The notes under the pieces were generated by a model. It was not told the origin of the DNA. It made no database searches and saw nothing but the letters and a program-made list of their open reading frames with translations. Position numbers and translations under genes: made by a program. Of a stretch of 64,000 nt of DNA, positions 49,174-59,256 are shown in pieces. Every line of letters begins with the position of its first letter. The first letter of the stretch is position 1. The stretch comes from an uncultured Gemmatimonadales bacterium (GTDB lineage: Bacteria; Gemmatimonadota; Gemmatimonadetes; Longimicrobiales; RSA9): NCBI GenBank assembly GCA_963816355.1, contig CAWFKH010000003.1, forward strand, positions 1,248,001 through 1,312,000. Reading direction: 5' to 3'.

Positions 49174-51347
49174 AGCAGCTCGTACAGGAATCCGGGTCGG
49201 GGGAAGTCCGGCTCGTGGACGTGGCGGCGCCGGTCGTGCGGCCGGGCGGCATCCTGGTGAGGAACCACTTCTCGGTCATCAGCGTGGGCACGGACCGGGC
49301 GCAGCTCGAGTTCGGCCGCAAATCGCTCATCGGCAAGGCGATGGAGCGGCCGAAGCAGGCGCGGCGGGTGATCGAGAGCGCGCTCGAGGACGGCATCGGC
49401 ACCACCTACCGCCGGGTCCAGGACCGGCTCGAGCGGCTCACGCCGCTCGGCTACAGCTGCGCCGGCGTGGTGGAGGCGGTGGGGCCGGGCGTGAGCGACT
49501 TCGAGCCCGGCCAGCGCGTCGCGTGCGCGGGCGCGCAGTACGCGCATCACGCCGAAGTCGTCTGGGTGCCGCGCAACCTGGCGGTGCCGCTGCCGGCGGG
49601 GACGCGCCTCGAGGACGCCGCCTTCGCGACGATGGGCGCGATCGCGCTGCAGGGCGTCCGTCAGGCCGAGGCGCGCCTCGGCGAGACCGTCGTCGTGATC
49701 GGCCTCGGCCTGCTGGGCCAGCTCACGGTACGGCTTCTCGACGCCGCGGGCGCACGCGTGGTCGGGATCGACATCGACGCGGGCCGCGTCGCGCTCGCGG
49801 CGCGCGCCGGCTGCCTCGCGCTGGAACGCTCCGACGCCGTCGAGGAGCGCATCCGCGACTTCACCGGCGGCATCGGCGCCGACGTCGTCATACTCACCGC
49901 CGCGACCCGCAGCCACGACCCGATCCGATTGGCCGGCGCACTCGCCCGCGACCGCGGCCGCGTGGTCGTCGTGGGCGCGGTCGCCATGAACGTTCCCCGC
50001 TCGCCGTTCTACGAAAAGGAGCTGGACGTACGTCTCTCCCGCTCCTACGGCCCCGGCCGCTACGATCCGGCCTTCGAGGAGAAGGGTCAGGAGTATCCGG
50101 TCGGCTACGTGCGCTGGACGGAGCGCGGCAACCTCGCCGAGTTCGTCCGGCTCGTCGGCGCGGGCCGGATCGACATAGCGCCGCTGGTGACCCGGAGGAT
50201 CGAACTCGCGGAGGCGGCCGACGTCTACGCCGGCCTCGCGACGGGCGAGTCCCCGCTCGGCGTCCTGCTGCGCTACCCCGCCGCGCACGGCGCGCCGGCC
50301 GCCGACACCGGAAAGATCCTCGTGCGGGGCGAATCCGCGCCGGCCGGACGGCGCGGGGGCGGCGTCGGAATCGGGGTCGTCGGCGCCGGCAGCTTCGCCC
50401 GCGACGTCCTGCTGCCGACTCTCGCCTCGCTCGACGTGGACCGCGTGGGAATCGTCACCGCGAGCGGCCTGAGCGGGCGCAACGCGGCGGAGCGGCACGG
50501 TTTCCGCTACGTCGCCCCGTCGCTCGAGGCGCTGCTGGACGACGACGCCGTGGACGCCGTCGTGATCGCGACGCGCCACGCGGACCACGCGGCGCTCGCG
50601 AGCGCGGCGCTGCGCGCCGGCAAGGCCGTGTTCGTCGAGAAGCCGCTGGCCCTCGATCGCGGCGACCTCCGCGACGTGCTGAGCGCCGCGAGCGGCGCGC
50701 CGCCCCTGATGGTTGGCTTCAACCGGCGCTTCGCCCCGGCGACGCACTTCCTGAAGGAGCGCGTGCTCGGCCGACCCGGCGCGAAGGTCGTCGCGATCCG
50801 GGTCAACGCCGGCAGGATCCCCGCGGACTCGTGGATCCACGACCCCGCCCAGGGCGGCGGCCGGCTGATCGGCGAGGGCTGCCACTTCGTCGATCTGGCG
50901 ATCCACCTCCTCGGCGGCGCCCGACCCTCCGGCGTGGAGGCGGTCGCGATCGGCGGGGCGGATCCGGACGCGGCGCTTAAGGACAATTTCTGCGTCACGC
51001 TGCGATTCGACGACGGGTCGATCGCCGCGATCGTCTACACGTCGAAGGGCGACGCCTCCGCCGGCAAGGAGCGCGTCGAAGCGTTCGCGGGCGGCGCGAC
51101 CGGCGTCATCGACGATTTCAGACGCGCGGAAGCGTGGGCGGGCGGACACCGCGACCGCTGGAAGGGACGCCAGGACAAGGGACACCGCGCGGAGCTCGAG
51201 GCGTTCGTCCGCTGCGTCCGCGAGGGGCTGCCGTCGCCGATCGCGCTCGAGGAGCTCGAAGCGGCATCCAGCGCCACGATCGAAGCGGCCGAGCGCATCG
51301 GAGCGACCTCGCTCCAACTTCGAGACGACGACCTGAAAAAGGCTTGA
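49170..51347 (+). CDS. Bi-domain oxidoreductase (MDR dehydrogenase + Gfo/Idh/MocA)
   Basis: LGYSCAG, GLGLLG, SRSYGPGRYD, GAG, VFVEKP, VGFNRRF, GEGCHFVD. Confidence 0.9.
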   Translation: MKQLVQESGSGEVRLVDVAAPVVRPGGILVRNHFSVISVGTDRAQLEFGRKSLIGKAMERPKQARRVIESALEDGIGTTYRRVQDRLERLTPLGYSCAGVVEAVGPGVSDFEPGQRVACAGAQYAHHAEVVWVPRNLAVPLPAGTRLEDAAFATMGAIALQGVRQAEARLGETVVVIGLGLLGQLTVRLLDAAGARVVGIDIDAGRVALAARAGCLALERSDAVEERIRDFTGGIGADVVILTAATRSHDPIRLAGALARDRGRVVVVGAVAMNVPRSPFYEKELDVRLSRSYGPGRYDPAFEEKGQEYPVGYVRWTERGNLAEFVRLVGAGRIDIAPLVTRRIELAEAADVYAGLATGESPLGVLLRYPAAHGAPAADTGKILVRGESAPAGRRGGGVGIGVVGAGSFARDVLLPTLASLDVDRVGIVTASGLSGRNAAERHGFRYVAPSLEALLDDDAVDAVVIATRHADHAALASAALRAGKAVFVEKPLALDRGDLRDVLSAASGAPPLMVGFNRRFAPATHFLKERVLGRPGAKVVAIRVNAGRIPADSWIHDPAQGGGRLIGEGCHFVDLAIHLLGGARPSGVEAVAIGGADPDAALKDNFCVTLRFDDGSIAAIVYTSKGDASAGKERVEAFAGGATGVIDDFRRAEAWAGGHRDRWKGRQDKGHRAELEAFVRCVREGLPSPIALEELEAASSATIEAAERIGATSLQLRDDDLKKA

Positions 51348-51352
51348 ACTTC

Positions 51353-52312
51353 ATGCGATATGCGATCACCGGAGGCGCCGGCTTCATCGGCTCGCACCTC
51401 GTCCATCGCCTCGTCGAGGACGGCCACGAAGCCGTCGTGCTCGACGACTTCTCGACCGGGAAGCGCGAGAACCTCGACGATGTGCTCGACCGCATCGAGC
51501 TGGTCGAGGGCGACATCCGCGACCTCGACACGTGCCGCGCCGCCATCGCCGGCGCCGACTACGTGCTGCACCAGGCGGCACTGCCCTCCGTCCCCCGCTC
51601 GGTCAAGGACCCGGCGTCCTCCCACGCCGTCAACGCGACGGGGACCCTCAACGTCCTCATCGCCGCCCGCGACGCCGGCGTGCGCAGGGTCGTCTACGCC
51701 GCCTCCTCCTCCGCCTACGGCGACACGGCCGTCCTTCCCAAGGCCGAAACGATGAGGCCGAACCCGCTCTCCCCGTACGCTGCCGCGAAGCTCTCCGGCG
51801 AGCTGTACTGCGCCGCCTTCGCCGCCAGCTACGACCTCGAGACCGTCGCCCTGCGCTACTTCAACATCTTCGGACCCCGCCAGGACCCGGAATCCGCCTA
51901 CGCAGCCGTCATCCCCAAGTTCGCCGCCGCGGCGCTCGCAGGCGAGCCGCCCGTGATCTTCGGCGACGGCGAGCAGACGCGCGACTTCACCCACGTCGAC
52001 AACGCCGTCTTCGCGAACCTGCGCGCGTGCGTCGCCCCCGCGGCGGGCGCGGTCGGGCGGACCTTCAACGTGGGATGCGGGGTCCGCATCAGCATCAACG
52101 AGCTCTGGCGCCGCATCCGGGACGCCACCGGCACCACCGTCGAGCCACGTTACGAGGCGGCCCGAACCGGCGACGTCCGCGACTCGCTCGCGTCGATCGA
52201 AGCGGCCGCCGACGCGCTCGACTACGCCGTCGTCGTGCCGCTCGAGGAGGGGATCCGCCGCACGGTCTCCTGGTACGCGGAGCGGGCGGATACGCCGCTG
52301 GCGCAGTCGTAG
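51353..52312 (+). CDS. NDP-sugar epimerase (extended SDR, WbpP-like)
   Basis: TGGAGFIG, HQAALPSVPRS, ASSSAYG, YAAAK, LRYFNIFGPRQ. Confidence 0.92.
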   Translation: MRYAITGGAGFIGSHLVHRLVEDGHEAVVLDDFSTGKRENLDDVLDRIELVEGDIRDLDTCRAAIAGADYVLHQAALPSVPRSVKDPASSHAVNATGTLNVLIAARDAGVRRVVYAASSSAYGDTAVLPKAETMRPNPLSPYAAAKLSGELYCAAFAASYDLETVALRYFNIFGPRQDPESAYAAVIPKFAAAALAGEPPVIFGDGEQTRDFTHVDNAVFANLRACVAPAAGAVGRTFNVGCGVRISINELWRRIRDATGTTVEPRYEAARTGDVRDSLASIEAAADALDYAVVVPLEEGIRRTVSWYAERADTPLAQS

Positions 52313-52556
52313 CTGGCGCGCAACAACAGGGGGGAATAGTGCGGCGTCGGCGCAACAGCCCGAGCGGCGGACGATGCGCCGCCTGGCGAACGGATCGACG
52401 CTGCGGCGCTTCGCGGGCTCGGCCGGGCCGATCGCCCGGTCTCGTTTTCGCGGAGCGACGCCGGTCCTGATCGCGGTTACGGCCTTCCCCGGTTGCGCCT
52501 ACATGGGGGAGAGCGCGATCGGGCGGGGACGAAGGGACACGGAAGGGGAGGAGCGG

Positions 52557-55500
52557 ATGGACGCACGAGGCGGAAGACGCGGGCTCGTTCTCGCGATGAC
52601 GGCGGCGCTGCTCGCGACGGCCGTCTCGGGGGCGTTGCGGACGGCGTCGGGGCAGACGCTGACGACCGGATCGATCAGCGGGAGGGTGGAGTCCGCCGCG
52701 GGCGAAGCGATCGTGCGCGCGCGGGTGTCGGCGATCTCGCGGGCGACGGGGCTGGAGCGCTCGGTGACGACGACGCGCGCCGGGACGTTCGCGCTTCCGT
52801 ACCTGGAGCCGGGCGAGTACGCGGTCTTCGTCGAGCAGGTGGGATACGCGCCGCGGCGGATCACGGGCGTGCCGGTGCAGGCCGGAAGCCAGACGGGGCT
52901 GAGCGTCCGTCTGCGGGCGGTGAGCGGATCGGTGTCGGCGGTGGACGTGGAAAGCTACGGTGCGGGGGCGCCGTCCGGCTCGCCGTCGGGCGCCGGTCAG
53001 TGGCTGCCGCGCTCGCTGATCTCGGCACTGCCCGCGCGGGAGCGCACGCTCGACCACCTGCTCGACCAGACGACGTTGGGCGATGCGGACGGCGGCGTCG
53101 AAGGCCTGCCGGTCCGCCTCGCGACGATCGCGATGGACGGCGTCCCGTTCGAGCGGGCGCTGCACCCGGATCTGCCCGCGGAGGGATTGGCGCGCACGCC
53201 GTTCGCGCTCCTCGAGCTGGGCGGCGCGGCGCTGGATCCGAACCCGATCGAGGTCGAGGCGGGCCAGCTCTCGGCGGCATGGCTCGGTCTCAGCGCGCTG
53301 ACGGGCGGCAACGACTTCCACTTGGACGGCTTCGGCCGCCTCTCGCCGTCCGCGCTCGCGACGGCGTCGGATTTCACCCCCGGCGACGCCGGCGCGGGCA
53401 CCTCGTACGCCGCTGGCGCGGTGCTCTCCGGCGCGGCGGTGCGCGACAGCGTCCGCCTGGTGGCCGGCTTCGAAGCGCGCCACGTGGAGACGCCGTTCCT
53501 GCGGCAGTGGGCGAACGACGCGACGCTGCCGGACATCGACCTCACGCCGTACCGCACGCCGCGGGCGCTCACGGAGGAGACGGCGCAGGGGTTCGTCGGC
53601 ATGGAGTGGCAGCTCTCGTCGTCCACGCACGCGAGCGTGCGCGGCAGCTTCTCCTCCTTTCCGCAGAGCGACCTGCGCAGGACGCTCGAGCCGACGGTGG
53701 AGCTCGGCGCGAACCTGAACGGGACGGACGCCTCGGCGACGGCGGCGTTCCGGACCGTCTTCGCGGGGAGCTGGGTGAACGAGCTGCGGGCCGGATTCGG
53801 CCTCAGCCGGCGCGAGTACGACGCCGGCGCGGCGAGCGAGCCGCCACTGACGCGCGTGGTCGACAGCGGCCTCGCGTTCGGGGCCGACCCGCGTCTCTCG
53901 GGCGACTTCCGCGAGGATCGCTTCGACGTCTCCGAGGCGGTGACGTACGCGGGCTCGGAGCACTCGGTCAAGGTCGGCCTCGTCGCGTCGACGGCGTCGC
54001 ACGAGCAGACCTACGCCTACGCCGCGGGCGGCGAGTTCCGCTTCGGCGGCGCCCCCGAGCTCGCGCGGCGCGAGGGCGCCTTCTTCGCGGCGGCGGGGGC
54101 GGCCCCGACGGCGAGCTTCAACGTGCCGATGCTGGGAGGATTCCTGCAGGACCGGTGGAGCGGGGTGCCGGGCCTGGAGGTCGTGGGCGGAGTGCGCTTC
54201 GACGTCGAGAAGGTGCCGCAGTCGGACATCGTGGTGGACCCGCGCTGGGCGCAGCTCACCGGGATCCTCAACACGAACGTGCCCTCCTCGGTCAAGAAGC
54301 CGTCGGCGCGCCTCGGCTTCCGCTGGGACGTCGAGCAGCGGCACGAATGGGTTGTGAGCGGCGGCGGCGGCCTCTACTACGACCGCATCGATCCGGGCGT
54401 GCTCGCGGCGGTGATCCGCGACCACGGCACGATCGACGTGCGGCGGGGCGTGGGGCTGCTCGGGACGTGGCCGGCGCAGCCGGACGAGATCGCGGCGCCG
54501 GTCGTTGGGCAGTCGCTCTCGCTGATGAGCGCGGACTTCGAGGCGCCGCGGACGCTGCGCGCCAGCTTCGGAATCGACCGCGCGGTCGGCGCGAGCGCGA
54601 CCCTCCACGTCGCGGCCAGCTATCGACGCACGGAGCACCTGCCGCGGCTGGACGACCTGAACCTGCTGCGCACGCCTTCCGCCCGGGACCAGTTCGGCCG
54701 CCCGATCTTCGGCGAGCTGGTCAAGCAGGGCGGCCTCCTCGTCGCGCGCCCCGGCTCCAGCCGGCGCTTCGACAGCTACGACGTCGTCTCCGCCTACACC
54801 TCCGACGGCACTTCGCGCAACGCGGCCGTGAGCGTCGGGCTCGACGTGCGGCCGAGCAGCCTCGTGCGACTGTACGCGCGCTACACCTACTCGCACGCGA
54901 CCGACGACTGGACCGCCGGCGGGCTCGGCGTCGTCGAGCGGGCGATCGACCCGCTGGCCGAGAGCCCCGATCCGCTCGCGCTCACGACGCCCGGCCTCGG
55001 CGCCGGCGGCTGGAGCGATGGGCGCTCCGACTTCGATGTTCCGAGCCGCCTCTCGCTCGGCGGCAGCGTCGGCGGCACCACCGGCGGCGTCACGCTCCGG
55101 CTGGCGGGCCTCTACACCCGCCGCTCCGGGCTGCCGTTCACCCCGGGCTTCCGTCCCGGCGTCGATGCCAACGCCGACGGCTCCGGCCTCAACGACCCCG
55201 CCTTCGTCGACGGCTCGATCCAGGGCGTCGACGCGCTGCTCTCCCGGTGGGACTGCCTGCGCACGCAGCTCGGGCGCTTCGCCGAGCGCAACGCCTGCCG
55301 CGCGCCGGCGCGCGCCTCCCTCGACCTGCGGCTGAGCGTCGGCCGGGCGTCACCGGGAGCCCTCGACGTCCATGCCTTCGTCGACGCCATCGGCCTCGTC
55401 CATTCCGGAGGCGACGTCCTCGACACCGCGCTCTATCTCGTCGATCCGACCCTGCCGCTCGCACCATCCGGCGGCGTAGTGAACGTGCCCCTCCAGGCGA

Positions 55501-55577
55501 ACCCGAACTTCGGTCAGCCGCTCATCCGGAACCTGCTGCCCCGCGTCTTCCGGATCGGCCTGCAAGTGAGCTACTGA
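52557..55577 (+). CDS. TonB-dependent receptor (carboxypeptidase-like N-domain, Oar-type barrel)
   Basis: Signal peptide, TTGSISGRV...LEPGEY, amphipathic beta-strands and C-terminal PRVFRIGLQVSY. Confidence 0.83.
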   Translation: MDARGGRRGLVLAMTAALLATAVSGALRTASGQTLTTGSISGRVESAAGEAIVRARVSAISRATGLERSVTTTRAGTFALPYLEPGEYAVFVEQVGYAPRRITGVPVQAGSQTGLSVRLRAVSGSVSAVDVESYGAGAPSGSPSGAGQWLPRSLISALPARERTLDHLLDQTTLGDADGGVEGLPVRLATIAMDGVPFERALHPDLPAEGLARTPFALLELGGAALDPNPIEVEAGQLSAAWLGLSALTGGNDFHLDGFGRLSPSALATASDFTPGDAGAGTSYAAGAVLSGAAVRDSVRLVAGFEARHVETPFLRQWANDATLPDIDLTPYRTPRALTEETAQGFVGMEWQLSSSTHASVRGSFSSFPQSDLRRTLEPTVELGANLNGTDASATAAFRTVFAGSWVNELRAGFGLSRREYDAGAASEPPLTRVVDSGLAFGADPRLSGDFREDRFDVSEAVTYAGSEHSVKVGLVASTASHEQTYAYAAGGEFRFGGAPELARREGAFFAAAGAAPTASFNVPMLGGFLQDRWSGVPGLEVVGGVRFDVEKVPQSDIVVDPRWAQLTGILNTNVPSSVKKPSARLGFRWDVEQRHEWVVSGGGGLYYDRIDPGVLAAVIRDHGTIDVRRGVGLLGTWPAQPDEIAAPVVGQSLSLMSADFEAPRTLRASFGIDRAVGASATLHVAASYRRTEHLPRLDDLNLLRTPSARDQFGRPIFGELVKQGGLLVARPGSSRRFDSYDVVSAYTSDGTSRNAAVSVGLDVRPSSLVRLYARYTYSHATDDWTAGGLGVVERAIDPLAESPDPLALTTPGLGAGGWSDGRSDFDVPSRLSLGGSVGGTTGGVTLRLAGLYTRRSGLPFTPGFRPGVDANADGSGLNDPAFVDGSIQGVDALLSRWDCLRTQLGRFAERNACRAPARASLDLRLSVGRASPGALDVHAFVDAIGLVHSGGDVLDTALYLVDPTLPLAPSGGVVNVPLQANPNFGQPLIRNLLPRVFRIGLQVSY

Positions 55578-55578
55578 T

Positions 55579-56577
55579 ATGCGTTCCCGTTCGATCGGCC
55601 TCTCCCTCGGCGCCGCACTCGTCGCCACCGCGCTCGCCCCGGCCTGCGCGGACTCCGGGCACACGCCCGTCGAGGTCAGGACCACCGGCACGGTCGCTGC
55701 GCTCGTCTTCGTCGACCGCGACGGCAACGGCGACCTCAGCAACGGCGACGCGCCGCTGCAGGGCGTCACCGTCCAGCTCCTCCTCCCCGGCCGCACGACT
55801 CCGTCGGCCAGCGGCACCAGCGACGCCCTCGGCATCGTCGTCCTGCGGGACGTGCCGGTCGGACGCTACGACGCCACCGTCGACGCCGCGACCGTCCCCG
55901 ACAGCCTCCGCATCGAGCCCGTCGACTCCGGCACCGTCACCGTCGCCGCAGGCGACACCGCGCGAGCGTTCTTCCGCGCCGACTACCCGACCCTGACGAT
56001 CCACGAGGCACGCGCCGCCGACTCCGGACGCCGCCTCTTCATCGTCGGCAAGATGCTCAACAGCTGGAACACCTTCGGCGACTCGACCATCTCCTTCGCC
56101 GACACCAGCGGCTTCATCCGCGGCATCCGCGTCGAGCAGACCAGCGTCCAGGGCGGCGACAGCGTCCGCGTCCTCGGCCGCGCCAGCACCCGCGACGGCC
56201 AGCCCGTCCTCTTCGACGCGAAGGTCTTCTTCCTGGGACCGGCGCAGGCGCCGCCGCCGATCTCCGTCTCGACCGCCAAGGCCGCCGGCGCCGATGGAGG
56301 CAGCCTCGACGCCGCCCTCGTCTCGATCACAAACGCCACCGTCACGGATACGACGACGCTGCGATCCTTCGATTTTCAGCTCACGATCAGCGACGGCACC
56401 GGCAGCCTCCACCTCGTCCTCGACCACAACGTCCCGTTCAGCCTCGGCGTGGCGCAGAACCAGATCGTCGGCGCCCACATCTCCGCGACCGGCATCCTGG
56501 TACCGGACGAGAACGGCGCCGGCTGGGTGATGAAGCCGCGCACCAACCTGGACCTCGCCGTGAGCGCCGGCACGTAG
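55579..56577 (+). CDS. Lipoprotein with SdrD-B-like and OB-fold-like domains
   Basis: Lipobox APA-C, VFVDRDGNG...D.PLQGV.V, DTSG.I and ISDGTGSL. Confidence 0.7.
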   Translation: MRSRSIGLSLGAALVATALAPACADSGHTPVEVRTTGTVAALVFVDRDGNGDLSNGDAPLQGVTVQLLLPGRTTPSASGTSDALGIVVLRDVPVGRYDATVDAATVPDSLRIEPVDSGTVTVAAGDTARAFFRADYPTLTIHEARAADSGRRLFIVGKMLNSWNTFGDSTISFADTSGFIRGIRVEQTSVQGGDSVRVLGRASTRDGQPVLFDAKVFFLGPAQAPPPISVSTAKAAGADGGSLDAALVSITNATVTDTTTLRSFDFQLTISDGTGSLHLVLDHNVPFSLGVAQNQIVGAHISATGILVPDENGAGWVMKPRTNLDLAVSAGT

Positions 56578-56847
56578 GCAGCGCCCTTCCCTGACCGCGG
56601 CGTGCGGTCTGCGCGCGCAGCGGGGCGGAGCGTGTTGCCCGCGTGCCCGGCCGGTGATGGATGCGCGCAACAAACAGATGGCGCTGCGCCACGCCCCGCG
56701 CCCGGCCCGGATCGGCCGATCGTCCAGGTGGGAGAACGGGTTCACGCTCGGGCGCGATCCTCCTCGCGCGGCGGCGCGCGTCATGCAGGAAGAAACGCGA
56801 GGACGTTTGCATCGACGCGAGAGGCACAAAGGAGCAGCGGCGCAAGC

Positions 56848-57366
56848 ATGGCGGCACGCGAAGCGACGATCCTCGTCGAGGAGCGGAAGGCGAAGGGAAC
56901 GCCACCGCTGCCGCCGTCCACCGTGAGCGCCTGGCGGGCGATCGCATGGTTCGGCCTGCTGCTCGCCGTGATCGGGATGTTCGATGCGGCGCTCCATTGG
57001 TACCCGCTGGCGTTCCGCTCGCCGGAGTGGGAGTTCGGCACGGTCGCGGTGAGCGTGGGCGGGCTGCCGCTGCCGACGATCGGCTTCGCGGCGCTGCTGG
57101 GCTCGTTCCTGGCGCGCGGCGTGCGGTGGGGGGTGCTGGTGATGTCGGTCTGGCTGTTGGTGCTCGGCGTGATCGTGCTGGGGGCTTACGCGCTGTTCCT
57201 GACGGATGTGCCGATGGCGCTGCAGGCGACGAGCGGCGCGGCGGCGCTGAGCCTCAAGAAGGCGATCGCGCGGACGACGGTGATGGGACCGGGATTCGGG
57301 ATTGCTTACATTGCAGCGGCGATTTCGTCGCTGCGCCACCTGTCCAGGAGGGGAGACCATGCGTAA
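56848..57366 (+). CDS. Four-TM membrane protein, paralogue of 22833-23339
   Basis: FD...WYPL...WEFG motif and four hydrophobic helices; overlaps the PEP-CTERM start by 8 nt. Confidence 0.78.
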   Translation: MAAREATILVEERKAKGTPPLPPSTVSAWRAIAWFGLLLAVIGMFDAALHWYPLAFRSPEWEFGTVAVSVGGLPLPTIGFAALLGSFLARGVRWGVLVMSVWLLVLGVIVLGAYALFLTDVPMALQATSGAAALSLKKAIARTTVMGPGFGIAYIAAAISSLRHLSRRGDHA

Positions 57367-58042
57367 TCGTTTCGTAGCGCTGGCCGCGGTGCTGGCGCTC
57401 GCGGCTCTGGTGCCAAACCGGGCCCGTGCGGACACCTTCGACACGCCGTTCTGTACGGCGAACTCCCTGTCCGTCTGCATGGACTTCAACCTGACGGACA
57501 ACGGCAGCGGCGACTACACGCTGGTGGTGACGTACGTCTCGAGCGCGGATGGCAGCGGCCTGCTGACGGCCGGGGGCATCTACGACACGCTGGCGAGCCC
57601 GACGTTCACGTTCACGGACGTGACGCTCACGCCGCTCACCGGCTGGTCGCTCGGGTGCAACGGCCTGAACGGCGCACCGGCGTCGAGCTTCACCGCGTGC
57701 GCGTCGACAACCAACGGCGTCAACAACGCGCTCGCTGAGGGCGGATCGTTCACGATCACCTTCCATTCGAACCAGAACATCGCCGCGTCGGACTTCGGCC
57801 CGAACGGGGAGCTGGGGTATCGCTCGCACATCCAGTCGCTCGGTGTGAACAACTGCTCGGTCAAGCCGGACAACCGTCTGGCCGGCAACGTGGTGGATGG
57901 CGTTTCGGCGGTGGACGCCCGCTGCGGCACCACGACGACGCCCGAGCCGATCTCGAGCGCGCTGATCGCGACCGGCCTGCTCGGCATGATGGGCGTCGGC
58001 ATTCGCCGTCGCCGTCGCGGCGCCGACGTCGTCAACGACTGA
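57359..58042 (+). CDS. PEP-CTERM sorting-domain surface protein (Thr/Ser/Asn-rich, six Cys)
   Basis: Signal peptide and C-terminal TPEPISSALIATGLLGMMGVGIRRRRR. Confidence 0.88.
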   Translation: MRNRFVALAAVLALAALVPNRARADTFDTPFCTANSLSVCMDFNLTDNGSGDYTLVVTYVSSADGSGLLTAGGIYDTLASPTFTFTDVTLTPLTGWSLGCNGLNGAPASSFTACASTTNGVNNALAEGGSFTITFHSNQNIAASDFGPNGELGYRSHIQSLGVNNCSVKPDNRLAGNVVDGVSAVDARCGTTTTPEPISSALIATGLLGMMGVGIRRRRRGADVVND

Positions 58043-58208
58043 CGGAGGATTCCAGAAGCCTTCGGCCGGGCGCTCGCGCCCGAGGTGGAAGCGAGCGCGC
58101 GGCGTGAAGGTGAGCGGACAGGTGGAGCGGTTCTCCCGGACCGGGCCCGGCAAGCGATCAGCTTGCCGGGCCCGACCAGTTTCCGGGGCGCGGAGGCAGA
58201 CGGGGGCC

Positions 58209-59129
58209 TTATCCCCTGCGACGGAAGCGCATGTGGCCGGCCATCTGTCCCGCGACCATGCTGGCATGGGCGAGGCTGCGGAGCCAGGTCCCCGGCTCGG
58301 CCGTGATCCGGTCCCTGAGCAGTCTCATGACGGCGACGGGCGCCTCCCGCCAGAGCCAGCGCGGCACGCCGGCGAGTCGTACGGATGCGTCAATCTCGAT
58401 CCGGCAGAGCGCGAGACCATACCCGAAGAAGTATTGCGCCACGTGACGGAGCGACTGCCGTTCGGTCGGGATGAGGTGGTCCACGCGGGCGGCCGGAACC
58501 CAGCGCCCGCGGATGGACGAGCCGAGGAGCCGTCGCAGAAGGACCGTCTCCTCGCCGCCGATCTTGAGATGACCGCGGTACCCGAGGTCCGGATCGAAAC
58601 GGACGGGACCGGTTCCGGAGAGGCGGAGCGCGAAGTTGGCGCCGTGCGGCGGATCGATCGCGGGAATGTCGATCGGATCGGGACCGAGGTCGAAGAGCGT
58701 GAACACGCCCGGGATCGCGCGCCATCCGGGCTCGAGCCACGCAGGGGGACTGCCGACGAAGCGGGGAATGATCGGGCCGCCGAACACGGCGGCGTCGGGG
58801 AACTGCCGGAAAGCGTGTTCGTACGCCCGGAGCCATCCCTCGTCGACGACGACGTCGTCGTCGATCCAGACGACACAATCGCCTCTCGCGACGTCGAGAC
58901 CGCAGTTGCGGGCGTGCGAGAGCCCGGGCCTGGGCTCGAAAGCCCTGCGGAGGGGCAGCCGCGTGCCGAATCGGTCGAGGACCTCCGGCGTCGCATCGGT
59001 GCTGTTGTTGTCGACCACCACGACTTCCCAGTCCGCGTGCTCCGGAGCCGTCATGCGGCAGAGGCTCTCGAGAGCCGTGGAGAGCAGCATCGCCCGATTC
59101 CACGTGCAGATCACAACGCTTATCGTCAT
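58209..59129 (-). CDS. Glycosyltransferase family 2
   Basis: ISVVICTWNR, VVDNNSTD, GLSHARN, WIDDD, GANF, GEE. Confidence 0.9.
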   Translation of the reverse strand: MTISVVICTWNRAMLLSTALESLCRMTAPEHADWEVVVVDNNSTDATPEVLDRFGTRLPLRRAFEPRPGLSHARNCGLDVARGDCVVWIDDDVVVDEGWLRAYEHAFRQFPDAAVFGGPIIPRFVGSPPAWLEPGWRAIPGVFTLFDLGPDPIDIPAIDPPHGANFALRLSGTGPVRFDPDLGYRGHLKIGGEETVLLRRLLGSSIRGRWVPAARVDHLIPTERQSLRHVAQYFFGYGLALCRIEIDASVRLAGVPRWLWREAPVAVMRLLRDRITAEPGTWLRSLAHASMVAGQMAGHMRFRRRG

Positions 59130-59256
59130 CGAAGTCCGACCGTCGTCGATGGCAGCGGCTCGGTGAGCCCGCGGGCGGCAGCGGCCGCGGCGCGCTCCGC
59201 CGATGCAACGAGAGTGCCGAATCGGAGGGCTTCGATCATCGTCCGGGGGCGGCGGC

